In this document: positions 36,401 to 46,451 of the stretch, one piece after another
How positions within the stretch are numbered: the first letter of the stretch is position 1
Layout: the number at the start of each line of letters is the position of its first letter
Virus record (IMG/VR): IMGVR_UViG_3300023174_000087
Span: 1-64,000 of that record
Length of the DNA: 64,000 nt
Strand: one strand, 5' to 3'
Origin: a virus
The notes under the pieces: generated by a model
Seen by the model: the letters and a program-made list of their open reading frames with translations, nothing else
What the model was told of the DNA's origin: nothing
Database searches by the model: none
Program-made: the position numbers and the translations under genes

Positions 36401-37187
36401 GAATCCTTTTTCTATTTATAAAAAAAGTTCTCCATATTTGTTTTTAACAAAGAATAGTGGCATTGAGTTACGTGGTAATTATGATCCAAACATTGACCGT
36501 GGCCTGTCAATACCAATTAATCAGTCTGTAGCAGAGTCTTTTAAGATAATGGCAATGCAAACTGCAATAAAATATGACAAGGACTATTTCCCATTTAGCC
36601 CAATGCAAATATTTGAGATAGAGTCTAAAGATCAAAATATTCAATTTTTTATGGTTGCAAATAGTCCTGACGGTAAAAGAGGAAAATTATATGCGGTAGA
36701 TTCTACAACTGGAAAACTTGAAGATGGAATTTCCTTTTATATAAATGGTAAAATTGTAAAAGATCCAGTAATAACAATTAAAGAATGGACTTTCCTTGGA
36801 ATTGGCTTCTCAAGCATTCTTGATTTTAAAAATACTGTAGGATCTATTAGGCTCACTGGCCCCATGATGTTTAATGTTTTATCTTATTATCAAACAACAA
36901 GTCTTCAGGAAGTTCAGCAAACATCTCTTAGACCTTGGTTTAAAGTTAAATATGCTGGAGTTTTGCCCCTTGATTGGAATTTTTGGAATCCCGCATATAT
37001 GTGGCAAGGAGTTTTGGTTATCTCAACAAAGAGTTATTATGGGGTTGAGCCAGACGTAATCTATAAAACTTATACGGGAACAAATAAAACAATTATTGAT
37101 ACTGATGATATTTTGACCCTTGGAAAATATGAGTACAACATATATCAGGATATATCTTGGCAACAAACAACCGTAATACCTGTTTAA
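33459..37187 (+). CDS. large virion structural protein with LamG/ConA-like segment
   Basis: 1242 aa; P...WALDD, YTFEMWLR, VDAVAIYSY; located upstream of the head genes. Confidence 0.55.
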   Translation: MSNSSNLYADKVFSEHPMVLWALDDNIDYISLISENKRSISSWSKTAGTVSEVDSGLSPFPNSTTSKVTLANPEDEFSIATFKSDDIINFTLMNQELKTFSIGAYININTSAFAGFELGYEYIDSTTAQTIQNLKYFATSVTDSWMFISETFDLPDDNTTMKLVIKAVYYSIPELTDPYIFLVNGISLGQWSEEFNSTSLGVTVGAPISGVLRNATFKGVQSLSYGLNQDPAYYVVSNNSLYAKNTGIPMVYGATGLTRLSPNTNMPSLLIPGNGFLHEYGKFKEYTFEMWLRLTNDSSEPKKIFGPVETSDGLWVDGPFLILKINDYIASHYVGEWGKPMLVDIRYSYNGANLVINGEQVAEILFNAKDLSFLLGQEYTIDWLAFWSYDDVYPVEVDAVAIYSYQVPNIVAKRRYVYGQGVDFPENINTAYSGSSVFIDYQYANYASNYIYPDLGRWNQGVLDNISIDNNELSAPSYSLPELVIESGRTSDLTDLVFSSNLQLESNNFFTFKPNNAWNKNGHLVFNNFNFLQEEIKAFYSVIKFTNLPQQDEVIIQINSATNSNYFSVIANGSKIKYNLFYNGSLTTIHENSGVQVGEVFPVGINIDDFTKHFGENLYSFFGNRSDLKFYVGGNKDFSKSFHGKIYSVGFCNSSNLSEVSELFNAKGCVIEHEDIFDLYTSQIDADSGEYTGSSEGFWQFFMDGGDPYSYSSYRLKNHTASYTLIVKEYFDKFYFDIAISGSWKDYLPLTYLAKYVTDTTGSKYYDLDFIQFNVDYPAPSTFLEKESTPIVWNYGNPRSITTDGVTTVIPSLMEEYSTPIQKKYSALDNHLYTGYNDYTDLQNKSFKDYIYDTSSSYVRSYVNFEYVSSGINTNDNYFITTELPPKDGVVSPGSNWLSTKYEVVDNMIIYPPSEDINSLAMVTKLVFKIDGIFTHGVRLKTLEYASQSFNDSSPNPVGTKFGIPIYPYRKSGYYYDYKEKNPFSIYKKSSPYLFLTKNSGIELRGNYDPNIDRGLSIPINQSVAESFKIMAMQTAIKYDKDYFPFSPMQIFEIESKDQNIQFFMVANSPDGKRGKLYAVDSTTGKLEDGISFYINGKIVKDPVITIKEWTFLGIGFSSILDFKNTVGSIRLTGPMMFNVLSYYQTTSLQEVQQTSLRPWFKVKYAGVLPLDWNFWNPAYMWQGVLVISTKSYYGVEPDVIYKTYTGTNKTIIDTDDILTLGKYEYNIYQDISWQQTTVIPV

Positions 37188-37205
37188 TATGGTATACTTA
37201 TGGTT

Positions 37206-37610
37206 ATGAATCAAGAAAATCCAAACAAAAAGCGTAAAGCATTGCCCAAGATGAAGGGGCAAGTAGGCGAATCTCGTGCAAGAATTATTGAAAAACATTA
37301 TGATTGGGGTTTATACGTTTATAAAAAAGCCAATGGAAGATGGTTTACAGACGGAACAGGATCTGTTTTAAACATTCCATCAATGAAAGGCGATATCTCC
37401 AAGATTTCTGAATTAAAGATTGCAGCAAAACATTATGGAGATGAAGGAGACGGAACATGCGTATTTGTTCCAGGCCTAACAAGAATTTCAGAAGAAGAGT
37501 ACTCTGAGCAAAAGCAAAGAATGGCAGAAGGACTCATTCCTTCTATGAATGACTTAGGTGCTGTACAAGCAGCCAAAGACACTATTGCAAAGTATGGAAG
37601 TGATGATTAA
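37206..37610 (+). CDS. conserved hypothetical protein upstream of portal
   Basis: TGGTATACT 7 nt upstream of ATG 37206; coupled to portal. Confidence 0.65.
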   Translation: MNQENPNKKRKALPKMKGQVGESRARIIEKHYDWGLYVYKKANGRWFTDGTGSVLNIPSMKGDISKISELKIAAKHYGDEGDGTCVFVPGLTRISEEEYSEQKQRMAEGLIPSMNDLGAVQAAKDTIAKYGSDD

Positions 37611-39226
37611 TGTCAGAAGAATACGAATACAAGATTCCAGCAAGAATTGATAACCTTCCAGAAATAGATGATACTTTTACAAAACAAGATTCATTTAATA
37701 AAAACTGGGACGAACTAAAAAATTTTCAAGGACTAGATAATAACTTTAAACGCCGTGCAAGCAGGGTTTCAAAAGTAGATGCTTCTCAAGGTTATATTGA
37801 TAGTTCTAGAGCAGAAAGCACTGGTATTGGTGGAGCAAAGTCAAAGGAGATTAATCCTGGACTTATTTATAGAAATGGATACGGTTTATTTGATGTAATC
37901 ACTCCGCCTTGGAACCTATATGAATTAGCAAACTATTACGATACATCTTTTGCTAATCATGCCGCTATTGATGCAAAAGTTGAAAACATTGTTGGACTAG
38001 GCTATGATTTTGAAGTATCAGCAAGAACAATGCTTAAGTTAGAATCTTCTACAGATTCAGATGCCGTTGGTCGTGCTAGAAAAAGAATTGAGCGAGCAAA
38101 GATTGAGGTTCGTGATTGGCTTGAATCTCTTAATGATGAAGACTCTTTTACTGCCTCAATGGAAAAAGTATTTACAGATCTTCAAGCAACAGGAAATGGT
38201 TATCTTGAAATTGGTAGAACTGTAAAAGGAGAGATTGGATATGTCGGTCATATTCCATCAACAACCATAAGAGTTCGTAGATTAAGAGATGGATTCGTTC
38301 AGTTAATTGGAAATAAGGTTGTTTACTTCCGTAATTTTGGAGCAACAAATCCAAATCCACTTGGAACAGATCCAAGACCAAATGAAATAATTCATTTTAA
38401 ATCTTATTCACCATTAAATACTTTTTACGGTGTTCCAGATATTCTTTCAGCAATAAATTCTCTTTATGGAGATTCACTTGCTTCACAATACAACATTGAT
38501 TTCTTTAGTAACAAGGCTGTTCCAAGATATGTTGTAACTCTTAAGGGTGCTAAGTTATCCACAGAAGCAGAAGATAAAATGTTTAGATTTTTACAAACTG
38601 GACTAAAAGGACAAAATCACAGGACACTTTATATTCCACTTCCAGGAGATTCAGATACCAACAAGGTTGAGTTTAAAATGGAGCCAATTGAAAATGGTGT
38701 TCAAGAAGGATCATTTAAAGAGTATCGCAAACAAAACCGTGATGACATTTTAGTTGCACATCAGGTACCACTATCAAAACTTGGAGGCGGAGACTCTTCT
38801 GCAGTGGCAGCAGCATTAGCACAAGACAGAACATTTAAAGAGCAGGTTTCAAGACCAGCACAGGATAAACTTAATAAGATGATTAACAAGATTATTCGTG
38901 AAAAAACAGATATTCTTGATTTTAAGTTTAATGAGTTAACTCTTACAGATGAGATTGCTCAATCACAAATTCTTGAGAGATATATTAAATCACAGATCAT
39001 GCTTCCAAATGAAGCAAGAACTATACTTGGTATGCCTCAAAGAGATGGTGGAGATGAGCCATTTTCTCCTAAGCCAGAACAAATAAATAACCCCGCAGAT
39101 CGTGCACGAGATGCACAAAGAACTAATAATCAGTCTGATGGCTCAGCAACAATTTCTGGCAGAAATCCAAAAGGCGAAGGAAGAAAATTTGATGAAATTG
39201 ATATTCTTTCCGAAATGTCCGAATAG
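37610..39226 (+). CDS. portal protein
   Basis: GNGYLEI, EIIHF..YSP...YGVP, FF.N.AVP, IL.AHQVP, PNEAR..LG. Confidence 0.9.
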   Translation: MSEEYEYKIPARIDNLPEIDDTFTKQDSFNKNWDELKNFQGLDNNFKRRASRVSKVDASQGYIDSSRAESTGIGGAKSKEINPGLIYRNGYGLFDVITPPWNLYELANYYDTSFANHAAIDAKVENIVGLGYDFEVSARTMLKLESSTDSDAVGRARKRIERAKIEVRDWLESLNDEDSFTASMEKVFTDLQATGNGYLEIGRTVKGEIGYVGHIPSTTIRVRRLRDGFVQLIGNKVVYFRNFGATNPNPLGTDPRPNEIIHFKSYSPLNTFYGVPDILSAINSLYGDSLASQYNIDFFSNKAVPRYVVTLKGAKLSTEAEDKMFRFLQTGLKGQNHRTLYIPLPGDSDTNKVEFKMEPIENGVQEGSFKEYRKQNRDDILVAHQVPLSKLGGGDSSAVAAALAQDRTFKEQVSRPAQDKLNKMINKIIREKTDILDFKFNELTLTDEIAQSQILERYIKSQIMLPNEARTILGMPQRDGGDEPFSPKPEQINNPADRARDAQRTNNQSDGSATISGRNPKGEGRKFDEIDILSEMSE

Positions 39227-39265
39227 TGATACTTTGATAAAAAAGGGCTTATAATATATAATACG

Positions 39266-40615
39266 ATGACTATATCAAAAGCCCATTGGAATTCAGAGGG
39301 TGACAACCTTCGTTTTTCCATGCCATTCAGTAAAGTTGATAAAGAGAGGCGTACAGTCTCTGGTTTTGCATCCCTAGATAATCTTGACAAGCAAGATGAC
39401 ATTGTAACAGCAGAAGCATCAATGGATGCATTTGCAAAATTTCGTGGGAATATTAGAGAAATGCACCAACCATTAGCAGTAGGCAAAATGGTTTCATTTA
39501 AAGAAGACAAGTATTTTGATCCAGAAACAAAGAAATTTTATAATGGTGTTTTTGTTTCTGCATATGTTTCAAAGGGTGCACAAGATACTTGGGAAAAGGT
39601 TCTTGATGGAACATTAACTGGTTTTTCTATAGGCGGTAGAATGAACAAGTGGGACGACGCTTATGATGAGAAAGCAGATAAGACAATTAGAGTTATTAAG
39701 CAATATGATCTTGTTGAGTTGAGTCTTGTTGATTCCCCAGCAAATCAATTTGCAAATATTGTTTCAGTAGAGAAGGTAGACGGTGTTGATATGATTAAGG
39801 GCGATGAAACAGTTGTTGAAAATGTTTTTTGGGACAAGCAATCTGGTATTGTAACCGTATCAGAAAATGAATCAGAACTTAGCCCTGTTTCTGGTGAACC
39901 AATGCAAAACATAGGTTTCGTTGAAAAAACGGATAATGAAAAAACAGATATGATAAAATTCTTAGTCGATAGTGCTAAAGGCATTAATACTTCTAAGATT
40001 AACAAGGAGGAAAACCTTATGGCAAAAGCAACAAAAAATACAGTAGAAGAAATCGTTGAGAAATCTGATATTGTAGTTGAAATATCAGAGGTCGCTCCAG
40101 AGGCAGATGCAAAAGCAGATGTTGTAGTACCAGCAGATGAAGCAGAGACTGATGCAGAAAAGGCTATGAAAAAGCCTGCTACTGATGAATCTGAAACACC
40201 AGCAATGGATGCAGCAGAAACTCCAGCAGATGAAGAGGCAGAGGCTAAGAAGCCAATGGCCCCTAAGTCAGATGAGGTAGTTGCAGAAGCAGTTACAGAA
40301 ACAAATGACGGTCTTGAAAAAGCCTTTAGCGATCTAGTAGAAGTTGTTAAATCACTTCAATCAGAAGTAGAACTTTTAAAGTCTACTAAGGTTGATGTTG
40401 AAACAGCAAAACAATCATTTGAAGCAGTTGCAAAAGATATTGCATCAGCAACAAGTGTATTTAATGAATTTGGTAAGCGTGTGGAACTTGTAGAGCAAGA
40501 CACCGCTTTCCGAAAGTCTGGCGATCTCGGCGAGATAGTACAGAATCAGCCTGAAATGGTTGAAAAATCCCTATGGGGCGGTAGTTTCCTCAAAACAGCC
40601 GATCTATTAAATTAG
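39266..40615 (+). CDS. prohead protease with C-terminal scaffold region
   Basis: V.GFAS...D.Q.D, EMH, GFSIGG, ELSLVD.PAN; acidic Ala/Glu-rich C-half. Confidence 0.88.
   Translation: MTISKAHWNSEGDNLRFSMPFSKVDKERRTVSGFASLDNLDKQDDIVTAEASMDAFAKFRGNIREMHQPLAVGKMVSFKEDKYFDPETKKFYNGVFVSAYVSKGAQDTWEKVLDGTLTGFSIGGRMNKWDDAYDEKADKTIRVIKQYDLVELSLVDSPANQFANIVSVEKVDGVDMIKGDETVVENVFWDKQSGIVTVSENESELSPVSGEPMQNIGFVEKTDNEKTDMIKFLVDSAKGINTSKINKEENLMAKATKNTVEEIVEKSDIVVEISEVAPEADAKADVVVPADEAETDAEKAMKKPATDESETPAMDAAETPADEEAEAKKPMAPKSDEVVAEAVTETNDGLEKAFSDLVEVVKSLQSEVELLKSTKVDVETAKQSFEAVAKDIASATSVFNEFGKRVELVEQDTAFRKSGDLGEIVQNQPEMVEKSLWGGSFLKTADLLN
40019..40615 (+). CDS. nested in-frame scaffold protein
   Basis: AAGGAGG at 40004-40010, 8 nt before in-frame ATG 40019. 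Confidence 0.6.
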   Translation: MAKATKNTVEEIVEKSDIVVEISEVAPEADAKADVVVPADEAETDAEKAMKKPATDESETPAMDAAETPADEEAEAKKPMAPKSDEVVAEAVTETNDGLEKAFSDLVEVVKSLQSEVELLKSTKVDVETAKQSFEAVAKDIASATSVFNEFGKRVELVEQDTAFRKSGDLGEIVQNQPEMVEKSLWGGSFLKTADLLN

Positions 40616-40638
40616 AAAAAATCACAGGAGGTGACAAT

Positions 40639-41796
40639 ATGTCGGAACAAAATATAGAAAAAAACCAGCCAGGTGCTGCAGGTGGAGAACACATTGGTGG
40701 AAATATTCCAGGACTCTATCAGGGTCAGGGAGCATTTGCATCAGGTAATGAATCTCATCCATACACACCAGGTAACTACACAACTGGTGGAGTTCTAGGG
40801 AATATCCCAGAATCTACACTTGGTTCAGTAAGTGGTCCAAACGCAGTAAATCCTTCAGGTGAGGCTGGATCAGGTATCCTACGCCCAGAGCAAGCACGTC
40901 GTTTTATTGACTACGTGTGGGATGCTACCATTCTCGCCCAAGATGGCCGTCGCGTTACAATGAGAGCCAACACAATGGAACTCGAAAAGGTAAACGTCGG
41001 AGAGCGTGTAATCCGTTCTGCTACACAAGCACTCGGAGAGTACACAAACGCAGGAGCAACTTTCTCAAAGGTTGAATTGACTACAAAGAAGATTCGTCTT
41101 GACTGGGAAGTAACTTCAGAAGCACTAGAAGATAACATCGAAGGTGCAGCACTTGAAGATCACATCGTTCGTCTTATGACAAACGCATTTGGTAATGACA
41201 TCGAAGACCTTGCTATTAATGGTACAGGTTCAGGTGATGCATTTACATCAATCATGAACGGTTTCGTAAATCGTGTCAAGACTGGTGGAGACGCTCACGA
41301 AGCAGTCGTTACAGTTGCTAACGGAGGATGGACTCCAGAAGTTATGCAGAACATCATCCTTGCAATGCCACGTAAGTACCGTGCACTTAAGAACAATCTT
41401 AAGTTCTACGCAGGTACAGATGTATTCCAAGGTATCGTAAAGAATAACGGTACACTTGCTGATGCAATTGCAGAAGCATTTGGTTCACATGCAGGTGGTG
41501 CTGGTACTCCAGCAATGCGCCAATCATACTTAGATGGTAATGCACAGACATTCGGACAAGCACGTACAACTCGTGTTCTCGGAATTGACGTACAAGAAGT
41601 TCCTTACTACCCTGCAGGATATGTCGATTTGACATTCCCACAGAACCGTGTATGGGGCTTCCAGCGTGACATCACTGTTAACCGTGAATACAAGCCAAAG
41701 AAGGACACTGTAGAATATACAGTCTTCGTTCGCTTCGGTATTCAATGGGAAGAACAAGATGCAATCGCTTGGGCAGACGCTGCAGCAGATGCATAA
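40639..41796 (+). CDS. major capsid protein (HK97 fold)
   Basis: position after protease; GILRPEQ..RFID, ALEDNIEG, DIEDLAING; strong AGGAGG RBS and biased codons. Confidence 0.9.
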   Translation: MSEQNIEKNQPGAAGGEHIGGNIPGLYQGQGAFASGNESHPYTPGNYTTGGVLGNIPESTLGSVSGPNAVNPSGEAGSGILRPEQARRFIDYVWDATILAQDGRRVTMRANTMELEKVNVGERVIRSATQALGEYTNAGATFSKVELTTKKIRLDWEVTSEALEDNIEGAALEDHIVRLMTNAFGNDIEDLAINGTGSGDAFTSIMNGFVNRVKTGGDAHEAVVTVANGGWTPEVMQNIILAMPRKYRALKNNLKFYAGTDVFQGIVKNNGTLADAIAEAFGSHAGGAGTPAMRQSYLDGNAQTFGQARTTRVLGIDVQEVPYYPAGYVDLTFPQNRVWGFQRDITVNREYKPKKDTVEYTVFVRFGIQWEEQDAIAWADAAADA

Positions 41797-41814
41797 TCTG
41801 TAAACAGTATAATT

Positions 41815-41850
41815 TAGGGGGAGTAGGAGTTAATTCTCCTGCTCCCCTTA
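41815..41850 (+). terminator. terminator hairpin after major capsid gene
   Basis: GGGGAGTAGGAG-TTAATT-CTCCTGCTCCCC. Confidence 0.75.
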
Positions 41851-41886
41851 TCACTTATAATGATATAATACTAACAAGGAGGAATC

Positions 41887-42342
41887 ATGGAAAATTTAGA
41901 TAATTCATTTGAAGAAAATAGTTTGACAGTTGAAGAAACTGTAACTTTTGAAGCACCAGTTGTAGAAGAAGTTCTAGCAGTAGAAGACGTATCTGTAGAA
42001 GCACCAGAAGTTGAAAATATTGTTGAAGCAGTAGAACCAGCAGAAACAATTGCAACAGATTCTTTTGCAAACACAGAAGAAGTTCAAGCAATTGGAACCG
42101 TTAATGGGGCCATCGGTGCAACAACTGCACCAAGAGAATCAAGAAAGCCTGCAAAGAGGGTTCCTGAAGAAAAGAAGGAAACAGTTGCCATCCATTCATC
42201 AAAAAATGTTTCTTGGGAAGGTGTTGGAAACGTAAATCGTGGTATCAACATTGTTTCAAAGGCTGCTGCTGATAAGTGGCTTACTCGCTCACATATTACA
42301 CTTGCTACACCAGAAGAAGTTGCCAGGGAATTTGGTAAGTAA
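41887..42342 (+). CDS. acidic head-associated protein
   Basis: Glu/Val-rich N-half; follows capsid gene with its own promoter and RBS. Confidence 0.6.
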   Translation: MENLDNSFEENSLTVEETVTFEAPVVEEVLAVEDVSVEAPEVENIVEAVEPAETIATDSFANTEEVQAIGTVNGAIGATTAPRESRKPAKRVPEEKKETVAIHSSKNVSWEGVGNVNRGINIVSKAAADKWLTRSHITLATPEEVAREFGK

Positions 42343-42345
42343 TTC

Positions 42346-43254
42346 ATGGAGGTCATGAGAGTTCCACCTTATCCTATTACAACAACTTGGACATTACCTA
42401 TACCTAATTATACGTATATCCAGTATGTTGAGGATTTGGTGGATCACTCAGTAGTAGAAACAGAAGTAACATCAGATGCTAATGGAATAGTCATATACGA
42501 ACTTCCACTAGATAAGGTTCAATACGATAGAAAATTTTATATTAAGTTTTATGATTCAGAACATATACATACTTTGCATGAAGAAAACTTAGACATTATT
42601 AGACCATATGTAAATGCCAACAAACTTGCAACAACTGCATCAGAAGTTACAGAGTATAGAATGCTTGAGTTAGTTGCAAGATCAATTATTGATACAATTA
42701 TTCCAAATGGTTTTTATAATCACAAACAAGTTATTCAAACAGTTGGACAAGGAACAGACTATTTTCCAGTATGGTTTGACACCAACAAAGTCTTAAAAGT
42801 TTATGAAAACAATGTTTTAGTTTACGATGTTGAAACACCAGAAACAAATATTTATGATTATATTATTACATTAGATAATTCAGCAATTCAAAGAGTTATT
42901 ACAGATCCTTACAATCGATCAGAACAATCACCGCCAAATGTTCCAGTTGCAAGAGGAGACCTTGGATACTATGGGTATCAATCAGTTGGTTTCCCCGCAG
43001 GATATGACTATACATTTATTGTAGATAGCGGATATAAAACCATTCCATCAGATGTAGAATATGCAACCCAAGTGCTACTTGAAGACATTAAATGTGGAAG
43101 ATTAGATTATTACAAGAGATATGTAACAAACTATAATACAGACCAATTTAGAATTCAGTTTGATAAGAGTTTATTTGATGGAACAGGAAATCTTTTAGTA
43201 GATAAGATATTAGATAAGTATGCAAATACTATTCTTAAACCAGGGATAATTTAA
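42346..43254 (+). CDS. head-tail adaptor/connector
   Basis: synteny; ARSIID...GYKTIPSDVEYAT, TGNLLVDKILDKY. Confidence 0.65.
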   Translation: MEVMRVPPYPITTTWTLPIPNYTYIQYVEDLVDHSVVETEVTSDANGIVIYELPLDKVQYDRKFYIKFYDSEHIHTLHEENLDIIRPYVNANKLATTASEVTEYRMLELVARSIIDTIIPNGFYNHKQVIQTVGQGTDYFPVWFDTNKVLKVYENNVLVYDVETPETNIYDYIITLDNSAIQRVITDPYNRSEQSPPNVPVARGDLGYYGYQSVGFPAGYDYTFIVDSGYKTIPSDVEYATQVLLEDIKCGRLDYYKRYVTNYNTDQFRIQFDKSLFDGTGNLLVDKILDKYANTILKPGII

Positions 43255-43700
43255 TGATTTGCGAAGAGCCAGACTTTGCTTTTCCTATGCAAGCAGACAT
43301 ATTTTATCCAATTGTTGATCAAGGCATTTATGGTGATTTAACAAAGCAGTGGGTATTAGATAGAACAATTGTAGGAAATTTTATTCCGCTCAGTCGCAAG
43401 GGTAAAGAAGAAATAACCCCCAATGTTAATATAACAAAAGAATCAATTCTTGTCGGCAGAGTAAAAACAGACATTAGAGTATCCACAAGAGAAGAAAGCA
43501 ACTCTGTAACAAATATTATCATTACAAATATTAAAGATAGAAGTTCAAATGAGGTATACACAGAAACATCTGGACCACGCAAAGGCAAATCTACAATATA
43601 CGAAATAGCCACCCAGGAGCCGTTCTTAGGGCCTTTTGGATCAATTGAGTACTACAACGTAGTTCTAAGAAGATCAGAGAACCAGGCGAGTGATGCATGA
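43254..43700 (+). CDS. head closure/stopper-like protein
   Basis: synteny and size. Confidence 0.5.
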   Translation: MICEEPDFAFPMQADIFYPIVDQGIYGDLTKQWVLDRTIVGNFIPLSRKGKEEITPNVNITKESILVGRVKTDIRVSTREESNSVTNIIITNIKDRSSNEVYTETSGPRKGKSTIYEIATQEPFLGPFGSIEYYNVVLRRSENQASDA

Positions 43701-44374
43701 TAACTTTAAAAATTGACTCAAAATCATTTCAAAAAGAAATGAAAAATATAATTGATTACTCTGTTGGATTTGTTGAGGGTATGGAATTAGGTAAAAAAGA
43801 ATTTTTTAATAGATTAGGTCCAGTAATCGCAGAACAAGCATCTCAATTTATTGATGCTAATGCAAGAATAGATTATCAATCATTACATCATGTTTATGAA
43901 TGGTCTCAGGTTGGAAGTCCATCAGGTAGGCTATTTGATATTACTTTTACTACAAGTAATTTAGGTCTATCTTTTATGTCAGAGTTTAGTCAATCAACAA
44001 CTATTAAGTCTGGATCTAATGTTCCATTTTCTGACAAGGCAAGAATTATGGAATCAGGAATCCCAGTAACAATTGCTCCAAGAAATGCTGATTCTTTAAG
44101 GTTTGAAGTTGGTGGAGAAATCGTATATACAAAGAAGCCAGTAGTTGTTGATAATCCTGGAGGCAGCACTCAGGGTCAATTTGCAAATGTATTTGATATG
44201 TTTTTTGGAAAATATTTTACACAAGCATTTTTAAGATCCAGCGGTTTATCAAATTACTTTAGTAATCCAGAAGTTTATAGAAAGAATTTAAAATCTGGAA
44301 AACGTGGAGGCAGACCTATTGGACTTAACACAGGATCTAGATGGGTAGCAAATGCAGGAAAGGTATCATTATGA
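43697..44374 (+). CDS. neck/tail-completion protein
   Basis: synteny between head and tail genes. Confidence 0.5.
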   Translation: MITLKIDSKSFQKEMKNIIDYSVGFVEGMELGKKEFFNRLGPVIAEQASQFIDANARIDYQSLHHVYEWSQVGSPSGRLFDITFTTSNLGLSFMSEFSQSTTIKSGSNVPFSDKARIMESGIPVTIAPRNADSLRFEVGGEIVYTKKPVVVDNPGGSTQGQFANVFDMFFGKYFTQAFLRSSGLSNYFSNPEVYRKNLKSGKRGGRPIGLNTGSRWVANAGKVSL

Positions 44375-44916
44375 CAGAATCAACATCTACACTAAATACA
44401 CCAGGTTTATGGGTAAATAAGTATCTACAAGAAAAGATTTTTGGATATACCGATATCGGAATTCCATTTTTTCCAACAAAGCCAACAACCATAGATGACC
44501 TAACACAACAATGGGTAACAATATTGGATGAGCGTGTAGCATATCAAGGGGTAGCCTGTACATATGACAGACTTATTAGAATGAGAAGATCTCCATTTCC
44601 ACACATTAAGTGTGAACAATTACTATACTATTTTTATGCAACACAAGAAAATGTTACACAAAATATGGTAAAAATTCAAGAGGCAGTGTTAAGGCTTATG
44701 GATAGAGCAGATGAGTCAGCAGAAGAATTAAACAATTGGGCAAGAAATCACGAGCCTATTGATGGAATGTCCTGTAAGTTTTATTTTCATAACTTTAAAG
44801 TTTACCAGTTAGAAGAAGTAAGAGATCTTATAGATTTTGGAACAGCCAGAACCTTTGGCGGTAACAAGATAATCATTGATTTTGACTACCATCAAGATAC
44901 CTCTATTTCTCAATAG
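44371..44916 (+). CDS. tail terminator-like protein
   Basis: immediately upstream of major tail protein; GAAAGG RBS before ATG 44371. Confidence 0.5.
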   Translation: MTESTSTLNTPGLWVNKYLQEKIFGYTDIGIPFFPTKPTTIDDLTQQWVTILDERVAYQGVACTYDRLIRMRRSPFPHIKCEQLLYYFYATQENVTQNMVKIQEAVLRLMDRADESAEELNNWARNHEPIDGMSCKFYFHNFKVYQLEEVRDLIDFGTARTFGGNKIIIDFDYHQDTSISQ

Positions 44917-45012
44917 TGGCATTATACCACAAAAAACATTAAAATATGATGTTATAATTATAAATGAGGAAACAAGCCCTTTATTCTATAAGAAAAAAAG
45001 AGGTGAAATACT

Positions 45013-45654
45013 ATGGCAGATTATACAAGAGGTTCGAGCAACAACATTATCGTTGGTGCTGCAGCACTTTTCACATATGATCTAGGTGTCTTATCAGATG
45101 CCGATCTTCCAGCATACGAAGCAGCAACATCATTTAAGGATTCCCTTACAAACGATGCTGACTACACAAATGTTGGATATACAAGCAATGGTCTTGAAAT
45201 TCAGTTCCAACCAGACTTCGGTGAAGTTAAGGTTGATCAGGTTCTTGACGTTGCTAAGTTGTACAAGCAGGGAATGCAGGTCTCATTGAAGACAACATTC
45301 GCTGAGTCAACACTTGAGAACCTATTGTTCTCACTTGCAGGAAAAGACGCAGATCTAAACGCTTACAATACAGCAGGCGCAGGATCTAAGGCACTTAATC
45401 TTTCAGCAGGAGACATTGGAGAATGTCCAGTTGAAAAGGGACTAGTTGCAGTTGGACCAGGTACAGGTGACTGTGCTGCAGGATCAACCAAGGAGCGTAT
45501 TTATGTTGCATACCGTGCACTTTCAATTGAAAATGTTACAGTATCAGCAAAGCGTGACGAAGCAACAATGTTTGAAGTGAACTTCCGCCTTCTTCCAAAT
45601 GATAATGCATCATATGGTAAGATCGTAGATCGTACAATTCCAGCAGGCGCATAA
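45013..45654 (+). CDS. major tail (tube) protein
   Basis: NIIVGAA, VGYTSNG, V.VDQ, T.FAE.TLENL, F..LP; followed by a strong terminator. Confidence 0.85.
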   Translation: MADYTRGSSNNIIVGAAALFTYDLGVLSDADLPAYEAATSFKDSLTNDADYTNVGYTSNGLEIQFQPDFGEVKVDQVLDVAKLYKQGMQVSLKTTFAESTLENLLFSLAGKDADLNAYNTAGAGSKALNLSAGDIGECPVEKGLVAVGPGTGDCAAGSTKERIYVAYRALSIENVTVSAKRDEATMFEVNFRLLPNDNASYGKIVDRTIPAGA

Positions 45655-45670
45655 TATAACTTAACATGAG

Positions 45671-45703
45671 AAGCCCAACCCTTCGGGGTTGGGTTTTTCT
45701 TTT
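45671..45703 (+). terminator. intrinsic terminator with cUUCGg tetraloop
   Basis: AGCCCAACCC-TTCG-GGGTTGGGTT-TTTCTTTT. Confidence 0.9.
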
Positions 45704-45717
45704 GGTATACTATATAG

Positions 45718-46401
45718 ATGGCTACAGAAATCTATAAAACAAAAATAATTCAATTAATTGATGGCACAGAGTTAGAAATTTCTCCATTAAAAATTAAATA
45801 TTTAAGAAGATTTATGGATGAATTTGAAAATGTAAGATCATCAAAAGATGATATCGAAGCCATATCAGCATTAGCAGAATGTGCAAGAATTTGTATGCAA
45901 CAGTTTAAACCTGAAATATCAAAAACAATTGAATTACTTGAAGACTCTGTTGACTTAGCAACTATTTATGAAATTTTAGAGGCGTCAGCAGGAATTAAGA
46001 TTAATCAACAATCAGAAGAGCCTGTTAAAAAACAGGCAGTAGAGAGTGGTTCATCTTGGGAAGATTTAGATTTGGTCAAACTTGAGTCAGAAGTATTTTT
46101 GCTGGGTATATGGAAAGACTATAATGAACTTGAAGAATCTTTATCTATGCAAGAAATAACAGCAATACTAAATGTAAAAAGAGAAGAAGATTATACTCAT
46201 AAGAAATTTCTTGCAGCAATGCAAGGAGTAGATCTTGATAAAGGAAATAACAAATCTAATGCTTGGGAAGAAATGAAAGCCAGAGTGTTTAGCGGAGGGC
46301 AAGCAGCAAATGCAAATGACATAGTAGCACTACAAGGTGTAAATGCTCAAAGGGCTGGATTTGGTATTGGTATGGGATTAGATTACGAACAAATAGATTA
46401 A
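45718..46401 (+). CDS. tail assembly chaperone, long (GT-like) form
   Basis: between major tail and tape measure; N-terminal ~95 aa paralogous to 46452; C-domain W..Y.ELEESLSM.E. Confidence 0.7.
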   Translation: MATEIYKTKIIQLIDGTELEISPLKIKYLRRFMDEFENVRSSKDDIEAISALAECARICMQQFKPEISKTIELLEDSVDLATIYEILEASAGIKINQQSEEPVKKQAVESGSSWEDLDLVKLESEVFLLGIWKDYNELEESLSMQEITAILNVKREEDYTHKKFLAAMQGVDLDKGNNKSNAWEEMKARVFSGGQAANANDIVALQGVNAQRAGFGIGMGLDYEQID

Positions 46402-46451
46402 AATACGCTTGTGCTATGGTATAATTAACTAACAAACCTAATGGAGGAATA

